Assembly: GCA_965644295.1 (NCBI GenBank)
Contig: CBFFRP010000373.1
Location: 124,001-188,000 of the forward strand
Source of the DNA: Paraphysomonas bandaiensis
Lineage: Eukaryota; Protista; Chrysophyceae
Direction of reading: 5' to 3'
Length of the DNA: 64,000 nucleotides
Part shown: in pieces, positions 21,188-35,288 of the stretch
Numbering within the stretch: the stretch's first letter is position 1
Layout: each line of letters opens with the position of its first letter
Position numbers and translations under genes: made by a program
Notes under the pieces: generated by a model
What the model saw: only the letters and a program-made list of their open reading frames with translations
Database searches by the model: none
Told to the model about the DNA's origin: nothing

Positions 21188-21250
21188 TTGAGTATAAGTT
21201 TACCTTCTGTTGTTAAGTTAATACTTCTCGTATAATGTCAAACTTTGATA
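21188..21250 (+). repeat. Relic of the 3' end of a copia-B-family LTR
   Basis: TTGAGTATAAGTTTACCTTCTGTTGTTAAGTTAATACTTCTCGTATAATGTCAAACTTTGATA matches 45022-45083 with about four differences. Confidence 0.85.
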
Positions 21251-21366
21251 CAGAGGATGAGTATGAGAAAACTTTTAATTGGTTAAGCAGTAGGGTTTCA
21301 TTATCAAGTGACATTATAAGACAAGTACTAATAATTCAATTTACGGAAACCTTAATGCGTGTAAGA

Positions 21367-21454
21367 ACCAGCTATCAGGTTATTTTATGCTGTATGAGCT
21401 CTCTATTGTATATGCTTAAGTTTGTACATACCATCTGTACAACATAGGTTGAAT
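21367..21454 (+). repeat. Interspersed repeat, copy 2 of 3
   Basis: Closely similar to 34456-34544 and 2759-2810. Confidence 0.7.
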
Positions 21455-22339
21455 ATTGCTATGTTCTATATTGTTATTCATAATTTTCACTCTATCGTGT
21501 TCATTACTAACACTCTAATAATCACAACATTGTTTTACTATTATAAAGATCAATTCTTTATTATAATGAGACATAATGAAGAACAAATAAGAGCAGTATC
21601 ACTGCACTTCAGCAGTCAATGTCTTTAGAGGACGAAGGCGATGACGATGACGAGGATGATTGTATTAACACCAATGGAAATGATAGTGCTATTACTGCTG
21701 TGCAAGCCGACAATGCTGTTTTAATGCTACTCGATTATGCTACCCAGGAGGGGCATTCAACAGCGCATATTGAGCTCCTCAGAAAAGTGCAGAATAATAT
21801 TCATACAGAAAGGCACAAGAATCATTCTAAGGTACAAACTTCTCTGCATCAGTTTTTTTCAGCACGTACTAAAGGTTCTGAAGTCCATGAAATTTAATAA
21901 TTTTATCTTATTGTTAGCTAGGAATGTAGTAAGTGTGTTAAGAAATTGAATACCATAAATTCCATAAATAATGATATATTAGTAACTTATTTCACAAATT
22001 CTTTGCATGTGCCATTCAGTACAAGGAGTACTATGCTATACAGACACGACATTGTGGATATATTGCACAGTCTTAAGCTCCTTAAACTTGTTCTCTATGA
22101 CTTTGCGGAATACAGTGCTGTATTTTACTATTAAATTGTATATCGCGATATTGCGATATATCGCGATTTCCTCTCCAGGACACTTTCCGCGATATATCGA
22201 GAATGCGCTGTATATGACATCCAATGATATGAAAAATGCCATCCACTGTAACACAGAGGAAGTGAAGTGACTGAAGTATCTCCTATAGATATGTATGTAT
22301 CCATTAGAAGTCATATGCTGCTGCTCGTACTGTTTCATT

Positions 22340-24300
22340 AATTAATATCAATGAATGGAATAGTTTTCAATACTAATAGAGATAACTGAATATGGTCTGA
22401 AGGTTCATTAGTAGGACCAGTTTGGAACTTCACAGATATCCGTAATTCATGTTCTGATTCAGGTAGTGTATGGCAAGGGATCGAGTGTTCATCTCTCCCA
22501 TCTTCTCACATGGTCATTTCCAACCACTCTTGTTGCTATTTCTCGTGTAGCAGAATTATTTCTGTGTGATAATTATCTTTCTCGTTCTATTCCTGAGGTT
22601 TTGGTGTTAATGGTTTATCTAGAGGTGTTTATTCTTGATAACAATCTTCTAACAGGGGAGATTCCAACGTCATTGGGCCTGCTCCCTGTAGCTACTGTTG
22701 TCACTCCACATAATAGTATCTTAGAGGGTGCACTACCGTCGTCTATTGGTGATATGAGATTACTTCAGGAACTATATGCATATTCTAATTTTCTTTCTCA
22801 TACAATTCCATCTGCGTTAGGACAACTATCGTTTTCGATGCATTAAATCAACATGACCTAAGGACTATAGATATATCCGACAATAAATTTTCTGGGTCGT
22901 TTCCATATGATGTGTTTCTTATGCTACGTATCCAATCTGTGAGTGCGGTGAGCAATTGCTTCACTGGCACTATTTCTCAGTCCGTATGCTATTCTGAATC
23001 CGTAGAAACTATTGCAATGGATGGCTTATTAGACCGACGAAAGTGCGGTACATGGATTTTAGTGTCTTCCATTCGAGATTTTAGTGTGTATATATATATT
23101 CGCTGAGATTTCGTTGCTAGCAATACCCATATACATTACTCTCAAACTTGCTCCTAGCGACTTTACTTATACATCGTACTCCCATCAGTATTCATGGATC
23201 CTATCTGCTGCTATGCTTCGAGAATTTATATCTGCAACACCATGCGTTTCGCTCATATGGATTTCTGCCATATTGTTAGCGTTCAATATCTTTGTTCTAA
23301 CACTGAATCGCCAGTGCCCGGACGACAACTTGTAATAGTCCTGGAAATATGGAACATGAGAGCTCTAATATAGAGGAAAACTGTGAAAATGATTACACCA
23401 AATCAGATTCTCTTTTCGGTGAAGGAGTGTCGGGAACTTCGCAGAGTCTTCTAGCGGTTTTGCAACTGTTCTTCAATATTTGTGTAATGGGAGTGGCAAC
23501 GGCATACTACATACACATTATTCTCAGTGATACACCGTATGCATACCAAATAACAGCGCAGATAGTGTTGTCAATATTTCGTATGATTTGGAATGAATTT
23601 GAGTTGTTTGTGTGTGACAAGTTATTCGAGTCTGGAAGTCTCAATATATATATAAGCTGGTCTCTTTTTATTGGGAATCGTATTCTTCCCTGTATTGTGA
23701 CAGTCGTCAGTGACCCTTCATGTCTGCTGGAATTACTTGTTGGACAAGATTATACCACTTCGGTGTATTGGTCCTACTCACATGTCATGATTACGAATAC
23801 GTATATCACCACGACATTCGAGACAGAATGAGATGTACCAGTATTGGCTTGGAGTCCCACACTACTCGATACACTCATCAGTCCCACACTACTCGATTCA
23901 GGGGAATGTAGCTCTAGCATTATAGAGATCTACACTCCTGTCTTCTTGTATTCCTATGCTGCCTCAACATGCTTGTCATGTATGACTGGGTTTTATATAT
24001 TTTGGTTGAAAGACTTTCCGCACCCATTGAATCGAATATTCCCTAGATTCGTCTTATCAGAACCTTCTCCTAAAATATTTTGGGTTGATATAGTAGATGA
24101 TGAGGCCGTTATTGATGGTATTACCTCTGATGCGGTTATTTTAATTTCGAATTTAGTGTTGGGCATATTACAGTGCTGTTGACATTCGGTGTTACATGTC
24201 CGCCTTTGGCATTATCTCTGGGTATAATGTTTTGTCTGTTTGTACTTGTTGGACCTCTCTACACGAGTCCAATCTCCTCAATCCACTGTATGAGGCTCTG
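22340..24300 (+). pseudogene. Plant-type LRR plus multi-TM receptor-like pseudogene
   Basis: LRR repeats (LDNNLLTGEIPTSLG, YSNFLSHTIPSALG, SNCFTGTI) followed by several hydrophobic segments, split across frames with multiple stops; 27-bp tandem duplication near 23854-23897. Confidence 0.75.
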
Positions 24301-25812
24301 TGCTACAGCCCCGTGACCAAACACTGCCATAAAGATACATGTGACCTTCCTGGAAGGTGGTCATAAGCCTGCAACTCTGAACTACGTAGAAAGAGTGTCA
24401 TCTGAGAGTGGTATCAGCTCTGCAGCATTCGGATGTATGTGTGTGTATCAGTCTGTCTGTCATGATGCAGAAGAAAGGACTGTTACTACGACAGCTTCGT
24501 GCTTCAAAGGCATTTCATGTAACCTTTAACCTGCCATAAGTAGCTAGAAACCACACTGTGTTTCATTTATAGTATTATATTTAAAGTAGTATAGTATCTA
24601 ATCATGTGTTGTATGTGTATATATAGTTACGTTGATGTGAGATTTTCATAAGTAGTAATACAGTAGATTTATATGAAAAGTAACAATATAATACAATATT
24701 TTAGTAAAATAGTTTTAAAATATATTATAATTGAAAATATACAAACAACTAAATTGTAATTAGCATTCACCCTAGTCTTCAAATAAGTACATATACAACA
24801 CTTTTGCATATATGAAACCTGGTGAAATCACTTTACCAGGTTTCATGATCACACCGACTTATGGCAATCTGTGCTCACGTTGAGCTCTGACAATACTACC
24901 GGCTTTCGTTACGTGCTCACAGCACCGCTGAAACGAGCTCTTGGTGGCATTAGATCGGAGCTGTAAGAGCGTATCCCGCGTAGAAAGCTATGGCTCACTA
25001 TATCATTTTTCTCAGCACTTCTATGCGGCATTGCGTTAGTTGACATCGCTGCTGCTTATGAAAATATTTCATGAAAGTATTCTATTATGTTTATATATAT
25101 CTAACTCTCTTTGGTTGCAGTGCATTGGGGATTCTGTGGGGCCGTGCACTGGATTATGTGAAAAATCGCAAATAGTGCTAAAATGCAACCCTAAGCCTAT
25201 GACGTAGTCCAAGGCTACTTAATATACTGTACAGCAAGTGCACCAAGTATGTGGAAGTATAATTATAGTTTAGTATATTGTTCATAGACGATCGTCTCTG
25301 CATTGTGATGTAGTTATTGAAATTTATGATAAACTTGACGGATGAAATCTATCAATCAGCATATGTGTGGTATCTTCATGTGTTTTCCTGTGTTGACCAA
25401 CTTAATATTGTGTATCAACGAATCAATACGAAAAGGCTAATATTGTGTTTGTACTAGCCACTGTATAATACCGGTGTAAAAAAAGCAAGCTAGTGCAACG
25501 AGCGAAGCAAAACCATTTCTAACTGTGTCCTTCTCTACTTCTACAAACAATCAGTCAAGGCCCAGGAGTAACACATTACATATGTGGTTCCCAATTCCCA
25601 ATAGCGATCACAGGACAAAGCGTACATCTATGTAGATGAAATGTCTCTGCGAAACAACACTATACTCTTAGTAATAATATTATAAAGTGTGAACTAAGTT
25701 TTCGAAAAAGGTGAGAACAATATCACCTTAACACACACTAGTGTGATAAAAATTCAAATACCAACAAAAATTTAGTTGCTAATTAATAGCTCATATTTGT
25801 ATACTTCAACCT

Positions 25813-28800
25813 TTAACTAACTCTTAGGCTCATATTTTCGTAAACAAAAAAACTATCTACAACGGTATTAATAGCATTTTGACTTTCCGCATCATAAGCT
25901 AGGTACTGTCCAAAATATACATTACTACCCTCCTTTCTATACCTCGCTAATGTGCTAAGGGTTTTTAAATCTTTCTGACCACGCCCGGGATCAACATTAA
26001 CCATAGTACACCTGGCACAAGGTCCAGTCACTCGCAACCTTAAGACTTGACGGATTTCCCCATTGTCACCCAGATTGGTGTCAATGTCTACAGCATTCCA
26101 AATGTCTTCATCATGTGCAGATATACCTGCCCCATCAACTACAAAGTTCGGGCGGAATAATTTCTCTCTCTCCTCTATATCGTTAACTGAACGCTCATCA
26201 TTATTTGACTGTAACTAAACAAAGCTGGTAAGAAATTTACGCGATAAGGACGAAAGACATTGTTACCTTGCCCAGGTTGTCCACGCTCTGAATAGACAAC
26301 ATGAGGAACTGAGCCTCATTGGAAAAAGACTTCTCCGGTAATGCAGGTACTGTCTCACCATTGACACCAGATGACACCTTTGAATATCGTTCCCGTCGAA
26401 CAAAGACACATGGAATGCCAAGGTATCTCGAAAACCAATCGTCCGCTAAAGGAGAGCATTTCAGAGCTTGGTGGCACTTAAGACACACCTTCACGGATTG
26501 GGTTTGCCCATTATTGTGTTGCATTTCGCCGTCCGTAGTCGCTTCGGAGTGAAGGAAGAGTGTAAGGTCTTCCATGCCCGGGGCCGTAAGTATGAGGGTG
26601 TCTGCGCCAAGCTCCAAACGTGGAATGCACAATGCTAATTTGGGGTGAGTCTTTTGTGTTAGTGCCATCCCAGTAGTGGAGCTAATCACAGCCCATTCCC
26701 GATCCAGGTAGAGGCCACTGGGAGATAGTGGCCATTTTCTTACTTTAACACCTAGCAAACACTCTATCAGCTACGAGTAAGTTTAGTAGTCGACTTGGAA
26801 CGGCATAGTACCCATTGTAATCGCTCCGGTAAAAACACCCAGACATATATATAGTATTGACATGTTGGTAAGCTGGTGTGACAACAACATATAAACTACC
26901 TGCACAACTCTTTATCGGATACAAATATATCGAGCGCAACTTCACAGCCAGTGCATCATTTGAAATGCGCTCTAATTTTCCATCTAAAGGCACTGGAACT
27001 AAGGTTGAGCGCTGTTTATTGAGGAAGTTCTCAATTAACATGCGTACTAAAGCGTCACAATCGGCAGGAGTAGACATATACCCCAAACTTGCTCGAACAG
27101 CACCTGCATACAGGCGATTAGTAGCAAGAAACCGTGAATCAACCTGTAATTCATAGTAGAGTACGTGTTCATAATAGCGGTTGTATCAAGAATTAGTTAT
27201 GAATTTAAACATCGTAATAGCAAAACAGAATATGTACCTGTTGGGCGTCCATCAATAATATCACCAGCGAATGCAGCGCAAGTTCTTCCATGACTCAAAT
27301 TTTGTTTAATATCATCTGCTGTGAGCCCTAGCGCCTCCTGACATCCACCTATGCAACAGAAACAACCTAATGCAGCATTAGGGGACAAAACCGGGAAAAC
27401 AACAAGACAACACAAGCGACCACTGCGCACTATGATGAAAATCTTAAATACAATACCCTGCTACCTGTTCGGAGCTGAATATTATTTTCAATGGCAACTC
27501 TATTGACCTCACTGAAACCGACTATGCTTCCGTCAGCCCACTTCAAATTGAAAGTAATTACAGGTCCTACAAGGAGAAATTATTCCATCAATTACAGAAA
27601 TAGCGTCTGCTATTCGCACACCTTGGGTAGCAGGATCTGAGTCGTTATGCCTACCATATATCTCGCAGAGAGGGATAGGTTCTCTTTCGTTAATACAGTT
27701 GTGAAAGAGAGACGACATGGATCGGAATAAATACTGGGTCAGTTGAAATGTATGCTGCTGTATGCTGTGCATACCTCCAGCACGGTGAAGAGCGTCAAAG
27801 CCGAACCTCAACACTGTATGTACAACGACATATAAATATAACGTTTTGGGCACAACAATCAATCAACACTAGTGTAATTTATAATAACAACTAGTTGCAT
27901 GGTCTGCTATCCATAACACATCCGCCGAATATATACACGGTACCTGCTATGCTCTGATAATTGAGAGTGCCGTCCTCAAACCTTGTGTGAAAATCAGTGG
28001 CCTTTACAACCCAATCCTTATCTGCAGCAACGCCTAGTAGCGTACCTCCTCCCCAATACCTGTGCAAAATTAGCAAAACGTAAGAATATTAGAATCACTG
28101 TGAAATTTGATCAAGTGTGCTTAATAGATTCATTAGGGGTGGTCATGTACGACATGTGACACTTTACCGCTTCTGTAAAAGATTTCCCACTGCTTTCTTC
28201 ACGAGGAGCGCGCCAATACCGGTGGGATACCCAAACATTTTATAAAACGAGACACACATAAAGTCTGGCCTATAGTCCGAATGATAATCCACCGCTATAT
28301 TGATGGGAGATGAGGCAGCCAGTTTCGAGGCATCCAGAAACCAGAGCCAACGATGCTGGACATTATGCCCCCCACTTGACGGCTCCACAATTTTTCTCGT
28401 AGAATGATCATTCAGAAAAGCATTCGATGGTGAGTGATATTTAACACAATTCGCACCAGAAGCACGCAGCCATTCAGGTGAAATATTCCGTAGCAATGTA
28501 GAACTTCGAGATGGAGGTACTTTAGAGCCAGAGAAATTACACTCACCAGGTAGCGCTAGTAGAGAGTAAACACATGTGCTTTGTTCAGTACAATGGCCAT
28601 GCGAATGAATAGGAGGCGTTTCTGTTGCGATTCCTGAATTAATTGCTGATGATGCAATGCAGTAGGCTGTGGGAGCATATTCTCGTAATCCTAAGAGAGA
28701 CGTGTGGGTGTTATAGGGGTAAACCAATACACTTTCAGGTGACCATGGGAAACTTTCCCCTATTAACTTAATCGACGATGTGGATCCAGAAGTAAAAACC

Positions 28801-29084
28801 ACATAATATTCTTCACGATCGGCCCCAAAGTGATCAAGAATCGCATCACGAGCCATTTGCACAGCTGCTGCAGTTTTTTCTCCCATAGGACCCATTGAAT
28901 GTGGATTTCCTAATGTATTCGATGAAAGATAATTAAATGCTTCATGTAACTGTGTTTGTGAGGGTAATGTGGCCCCTGCATGGTCTAAATATACCCCCTG
29001 TAACGATATCTCTCATACATTATTCATATACATCAATATACTTACATCAGACTGTGGAAATTCATCCATTATATCATTTCTCAT
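25813..29084 (-). CDS. MOCOS: Molybdenum cofactor sulfurase (aminotransferase-V domain plus MOSC), multi-exon
   Basis: GVYLDHAGATL, LGNPHS, VFTSGST, PLP lysine SFYKMFGYPTG, RFEDGTLNY, LRTG|CFCC, MOSC YPIKSC, LYLDREWAV, FRPNFVV, CARCTMVNVD; probable ATG at 29084. Confidence 0.92.
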
Positions 29085-29754
29085 TCAATCTTATTCACTA
29101 TTTTGTTATTAATAAGTTGGATTGAGTTGAAGAGGAGAGTATATTATTGATATGATTTTAAGGTCATTACGTGAGATTTTCATATGAAATTCTGAATGAA
29201 TTTTCGTCCCTTCATTCAATTTTATTGAGATTATTGGACTTTTTCCATTGAATAGTATAGAAATTAAGGATTTTGGTGACATAAATTTCTGGTTTTGAGA
29301 TAGTACGGTGTATATAGTGCTGTACAGTGTATATTGAACTGAGATGGACAGCAGAACAAAACCAGAACAATCTCAGAATACAACACAGTATACACATGTA
29401 TACCAATACTGTATTTAACCGTTTCCTGAAGTGGCTGTTAGACTTCGTTTCATACTTCACACTTCGTTGTCTTGTAGTCTACGTATATTTTCATATGAAC
29501 ACTTTTCATGTATAGAGTATAGCTCTTGTCTATAGGAGTCCTACTATACGGTATTTCTCATAGCGTGTGTTAGAGACCATTGTATATACCTATGAATTAA
29601 CCATATCTCTGATTACCTCCTATTTACTCCCTATACAATAAATTCTTGTCCTTTGCAATCTAACAGACACTGTGTTGTATTCTATCACCCACCTTCTACA
29701 TGTTACAGGTGGTGAATTGATGTATAGGGTGTAGTAGAGGTGTGAATATATTAG

Positions 29755-32700
29755 ATGGAACCTGAAATTAGAATACGTACTGTACCGGCTAATGCCAATC
29801 CTACTCCTCGTCCAACTACCTCTTCAGGACGACCAATGACCGCCTCACGCCCTCTGTCATCTCATGATGTGTTTGGGAGCGGATATGAGGAGCCGAGATC
29901 TGTGTTTGAGGATATGATCACTGAAGAGTATATACTACGCACATGTGGTGCAGATAGTGTGGATGAATTGACACACATTTCTCTTGTAGTTGACACTTCT
30001 TATCAATCTCTTTTGGATCTTGGAGATATTGTTAAAAACTTAACGCATTTAACACTTGACCATAGCCAGATAACATGTGTACGCGACTTGGGCACTGGAT
30101 TACGAGGGCTTACGTATCTGTCACTCAACAGTTGTTGTCTCAATGAACTCGATGGAATAGGAATGCTTGTCAATCTGGTACAGCTGTCTGTGAGAGACAA
30201 CATGATATCGGATATAACTGCTCTAGCAATGCACGAGACTTTAAAGGTGAGATAGTCTCGGTTTTAATCAATATATAAAATTATTTTACTTTTGCTATTT
30301 CGATCCGTAGACTTTGGACCTCCATGGAAATCGTCTATCTGATATTTCTATTGGAGACACTCTTTCTTCGTGTCCTGAGCTTAATCATTTAGTTCTATCC
30401 GGAAATCCTATTGAACGGGCACCTAAGTACAGTCTAGTGATAGCATCAATGATCCCTCAACTGACTACTCTAGACGGAGTGGATGTCGACGTACGAGCAA
30501 AAAACAAAGTATCCAATGGGATGATTCTGGAGGCTGCATCGGCGATGCTTTTGGAACAAGAGGAACTTGATGATGAACGGCGAATGGAAATGGCCATCAT
30601 GGGTGACGACTTTTTACAGGTGGACTGCACCAGTAGCCAATCTCCTGCAACGGGAGATGTATCCACCGCACCCCCTGGTATTATTCCTGACACCGGAAGT
30701 GACTTAACACATGGCACTGGGATGGCTTTAGCAGGTGCGTAAGTATACTAGATATTTACGGGGGACATATTGAGTATTGCGTGTATACCCTATACATGGC
30801 TCCTGGTGTAATATGTACGCAGGTGGCATGGCTGCTGCGATGCGTCGTCGTCGACTCCCCTCTGGAGGATCACGAGGAGAGAGCCCTCAGCACGACACAA
30901 CAGACACCAGCGCTCTATCCACTCTTGATAGTGTTCTATCCAATAGAAGCGGCGATCTGTCTGATTGGACCAAGTCATCTAGTCAATTCTACAAAGAAGG
31001 AGACATCACATCACAAGTGATGGCGCGAGCTCCACACGCCTCTTCGTCACCCAAACTCAAGAACAAGATATCTGCAAATTCTGTTCCCTCCAAGTCACTC
31101 GCATCCGCATCATTTGAAGGAGAAGTCTTTGGATCTCGGGACAGTGGAGATGAAGGAGGGGGAGGTCTTCATCTACGAGGATCCCATGGTAGGCGAACAC
31201 CGAGTCCGAGACGTGGCCTGCCCCCTACCTCACCACAGCTACAAAGAAATGCTAGTCGACCTCACACTACCTGTAGTAGACCACATAGCTCAGCATCAAC
31301 ATGCAGCAACAGCAGTGTGGGTGGCATTGCTGCACCCTCGGCACCATTTAAAGTACTTTTATCCAGTTTGTCTGGCAACGAGCAGGCGTTAAGTGACCTA
31401 ACACAACGGATTGGGTCAGCTCGCACTCAATCTCGTGAATCAACACGATCAGATAGATCTGAAAGCAGTGGAAACCCGAGAGAAAAACAGAAACCCCGTA
31501 TTGAGAAGGAGGCTGATATAGGTATTGGAATGGCCCTTGGCAAGAAACCCTCCGCATCACTGTGGGACGTTAGTGATGACAGCAGCGAAGATGAAGGCTA
31601 TTCACGGCAGCGCAGACACCGCAAGCCAGCCGCAGGTGTAGCTGTGACTGCGTCCACCGAAGGGAAGTTTAGTAGCATTGTGCATCGCAACAGTGTACTT
31701 AGGGGAAAGCTGTTCGATGATGAAAGCCCGCAAGATGAAGAGGAGTTGGCCGTGGATCATGAGTCTCGAAGGAAAATGTGCTCCGACAATATGGTTACCA
31801 ATAAGACATCTTCTAGTGGGTTCAAATTTTTTAGTAGTACAGCTCCGTTACCTTCTTCACTTCCGAGCGCTGTTCCTGATACTGAGAAAGCAGCTATCAA
31901 CGATTGTGGAGCTAGCCCACAACCCACGAAACGAGGGAAGATGCTATCTGATATGGTATGTATAGAGGCGTATGGTTTTGATCAAAATAAATGATGTATA
32001 TTAGGCTGGAAGATCATTGGGGTTTGATTTGAAAGGTAGCCTGGCTGCTATTAACCAGTGGGTCGAGGAAATGGACTCTGATGACGATGAGGAGGATGAC
32101 ACTGGAAGAAGTACTACTGTAGCACTTTCTGGCCAAGGGGAACCCTCTGTTTCATTTCGTATTGCTGAAAGTAGCAATGTTTGCTTGGGGAAGAGCCCGT
32201 CGCAGAGCAAGATACTCTCACGAGATAAAATATTGAATATGGTGAGTTCAGTACTTTTGATATGTGCTGTGTGATGTTTTGTTGTGCAGTGCACACGTGC
32301 GGATGAAACTAGCTCAGTGGCCTCTATTCCTGAAAATATTGACCCATCACCAGTTGACAATTACTCTGCTATGTTCGGAGACTACTCTGTGACTGCAGCA
32401 GATTCATCAGAGGCCTACGAAGAGAATGAAGTCGCTTTCTTCGACAATAACGTCGAGAAATGTATCCCCGCCACCACCACTACAAGGAAATCCAATATTG
32501 GGGGTAATTCGACGACGGCTAAAAAACAGAAATCTTCCGACTCGCCACTCATTAAGCAGGGTCCAAATAAGAGTTGTGATATACCAGTGGCAGATGTGAT
32601 TAATAAAGACAGGGATAGGAATGATAGCAAAGTGCCTTCAAAGAAAGATAGAACAGGAGAAAACTCTAGGAGTCGTACACCCAGCTCTTCAAATGTTGAG

Positions 32701-32946
32701 ACAGGTGCTGGTGTGGACCTTACAGATGAGGCATTGATCACCATGCTCAGCCAACCTCCAAAGTCTGTGCCTCTTCTGCGCACTAAGACTGGATTCCAGG
32801 AGTTTTTCAGGGGGATGGGCGCGGAAAGAATGAGACACCTGTTGTACGAGGCGTACAGCAGTATGAATGATCTAGAGAGGGAGGTCAAGGTTAAGAAGAG
32901 GATGGAGTTGCTGAATGGCGTTTTACTTGCTAATGATGACTCATAG
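29755..32946 (+). CDS. LRRC56: LRRC56-like ciliary dynein-transport LRR protein with a long low-complexity C-terminus (5 exons)
   Basis: VDTSYQSLLDLG..LTLDHSQITCVRDLGTGLRGL..LNSCCLNELDGI..LSGNPIE pattern of LRRC56; four GT-AG introns join ORFs 29755, 30314, 30777, 32017 and 32284. Confidence 0.8.
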
Positions 32947-33401
32947 TAATGATATGTCTGTACAGTGTTGCATCGTGAGTCGAAATCATTGTACAATGTA
33001 GAATAGTGTGTGCAGAATAGTCATATATATGGATGTGAGTCGATAGCCTGGAGATTCCAGTAGCCATATGATAGTGGATAGAGTACATACCGTTGATATG
33101 TAGCGAGATTCATCTCTCTGTTGAGTGCCTTTTTTTGTCTTTCGTGCTACTGCAGCAGCATTTGACTCGGTCGTGACGTCTTATAAATATAAGCATAATT
33201 ATGTGTAAGGAGTCGTTATCTTAGGTGTGAGTACGAAATATTGACAAAATTACTACCCGTGGTAGATACGAGCTTACAATTATATATGCTTCGTAATCGT
33301 CATTGAAAAAACACTACATAATCGCAGAATGAAGTAATACAAAATACAATTGTTATCAAATTTACATACCAACAAATACGACAGGGTATTATACTTTATA
33401 C

Positions 33402-34221
33402 GAGGGATAGGGAACAATGAACAATATATTGTATTGCAATACATTGTACAATATATTGCAATATATTGTAAAATATATTGATTGGTGGACTGGTCAAATA
33501 TTCCATCAATAGTGTTTCTGTTAAAAGAGCTCACAATAATATTGCAATATATTGCAATCAATATTATGATAGTCATAAAAGAGAAGATTCTCAACTGTAG
33601 GGTGCAAAATAGATATAAATAACCGAGAAATTGATTACAATATTACAAAGGATAATGAAGCTGATGTTGACTATGCGACTAAAAACCTTCAGTCAGCTCA
33701 AAAATTAAGAAACGTACAGATCCACGAGTCATTAACGGTTGCCTGGCCCTGGCATGTACTTCCAATACATATGGGAACGTCTGTTCAGCACAGCTAAACA
33801 TATTCTATCAGTGTTGCGCAAAAGTATCCATCCTACTTAATATGCTGTTGTTTCTGAAAGCTATTCGACAGTTATGGCCTGATACTAGCATATTTCAATT
33901 AATTCTGTGGATGAATATGGTGATGTTGACGTCACCGATGATGGCTCAGGGGATGGGGACGAGGTGGATTTTTAGTAGCTATAAGCAGCAGTTGGTTTGG
34001 TTGTCATGTGATATTAATGACTAATACTAAAAATGAAATATAATACTAATCTACGGATGTGTTTACCTACTGATTAGTCATACTAATATATTGCAATGCA
34101 TTGACAATATATTGCAATATATTGTAACTGTATTGTTGAGCCTGTTTAAAAAATCCATCAATACTATTGATGGAACGCTATCTAACAATAGTATTGCAAT
34201 ATATTGTTCCCTATATCCCTG
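33402..34221 (+). mobile_element. Non-autonomous hAT element (820 bp)
   Basis: Imperfect TIRs (G/C)AGGGAT(AT)AGGGAACAAT; 8-bp TSD CTTTATAC/CTTTGTAC; CAATATATTG subterminal repeats; internal ERLFSTAKHILSVLRKS...MLLFLKA dimerisation relic. Confidence 0.88.
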
Positions 34222-34455
34222 CTTTGTACTGTATTTCTATGGTAGATTCGCTTACTTCTCACCAATGTTAAAACCAAAAACATTATTAATGATAGATGGT
34301 TGCACCTTGGTGGTTGCGGTGACGCACAAGCAGTTTTCGTGTTTTCGTAGCGTTGAATAGTAGGATATTAGAGTTAAGCACTAGTTAGTTAAATTTCCAT
34401 GCTAAATTAGTTCTGACTCTTACACGCCCATGTCTAATAACTAATAATTGTAATA

Positions 34456-34544
34456 ACCAGCTATCTGGTTATTTTATGCTACATGAGCTCTCTATTGTAT
34501 ATATGCTTAACTTTGTACATACTATATGTGCAACATAGGTTGAT
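34456..34544 (+). repeat. Interspersed repeat, copy 3 of 3
   Basis: Similar to 21367-21454. Confidence 0.7.
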
Positions 34545-34779
34545 TATTATAATTATTGCCATATTTCACAGTAAGATATATGATATATTATGACTATGAC
34601 AATTCATGCTTATCATTGATACTTATATAGATGCATTGATGATGAATCAGTTGTGATCAGGCTGAGCTATTAGTGATGTATATGGATGAAGGTCATTCCT
34701 GTAGGCCTTCCTCTGGCCTAGGAATCATATGTATATATTGATTATTGATAATAAGATGCAATTTCTGTACTCTGGAAGT

Positions 34780-35040
34780 TGCTTGTAGATAGTATTATTG
34801 TAGTTGTAGTCATATTCATTGTACTATTAGAGGGAGAACCTAAAATGGAGGTTCATGACTCTAGTCTGTTTCATTTAGCTCTGAGAAGGATCAGAGAAAT
34901 GATTATTGAAGAACAACAGTCGATGATATCGAGTGCTGATGAGCAGCGCGTCAGAGATATTGGACTCGTTACTGCATTAGATGATGTTGACACCAATAGG
35001 AGGGTGTTACATAATCAGTAATCAGACATTCACGTGATAA
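34780..35040 (+). mobile_element. Possible old copia 3'-end relic
   Basis: FHLALRRIREMI loosely resembles the end of copia RNase H; followed by AGGAGGG-TGTT (PPT plus LTR-start-like). Confidence 0.25.
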
Positions 35041-35288
35041 TAAAAGTTTTGATTGTTATAATATATATTAATAAATCACCAGCAAGTAGTGTTCACACTC
35101 TGGCGAGAATGCATAAGTAGATAAAGATGGCTGCATAAAATCAAAACAGAATGAATATCACGTGAATCGGAAAATTTTATTCTTTTTCCGGATAATTAAT
35201 ATAGACTACAAGTGGCAACACTGGCATTTAATCTGATCTTATAACAGACACACAAAGTTAAAATTAATGTAATCGATATCTAGCAGAT

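Larger units (their letters stand above)
20512..22210 (+). mobile_element. Internally deleted pogo/Tigger-like (Tc1-mariner) element with nested fragments
   Basis: Perfect 24-bp TIRs CAGCGCATTCTCGATATATCGCGG flanked by TA. ORF 21619-21897 has an acidic tract and KVQTSLHQFF (PIP-box-like), as at pogo transposase C-termini. Confidence 0.85.
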
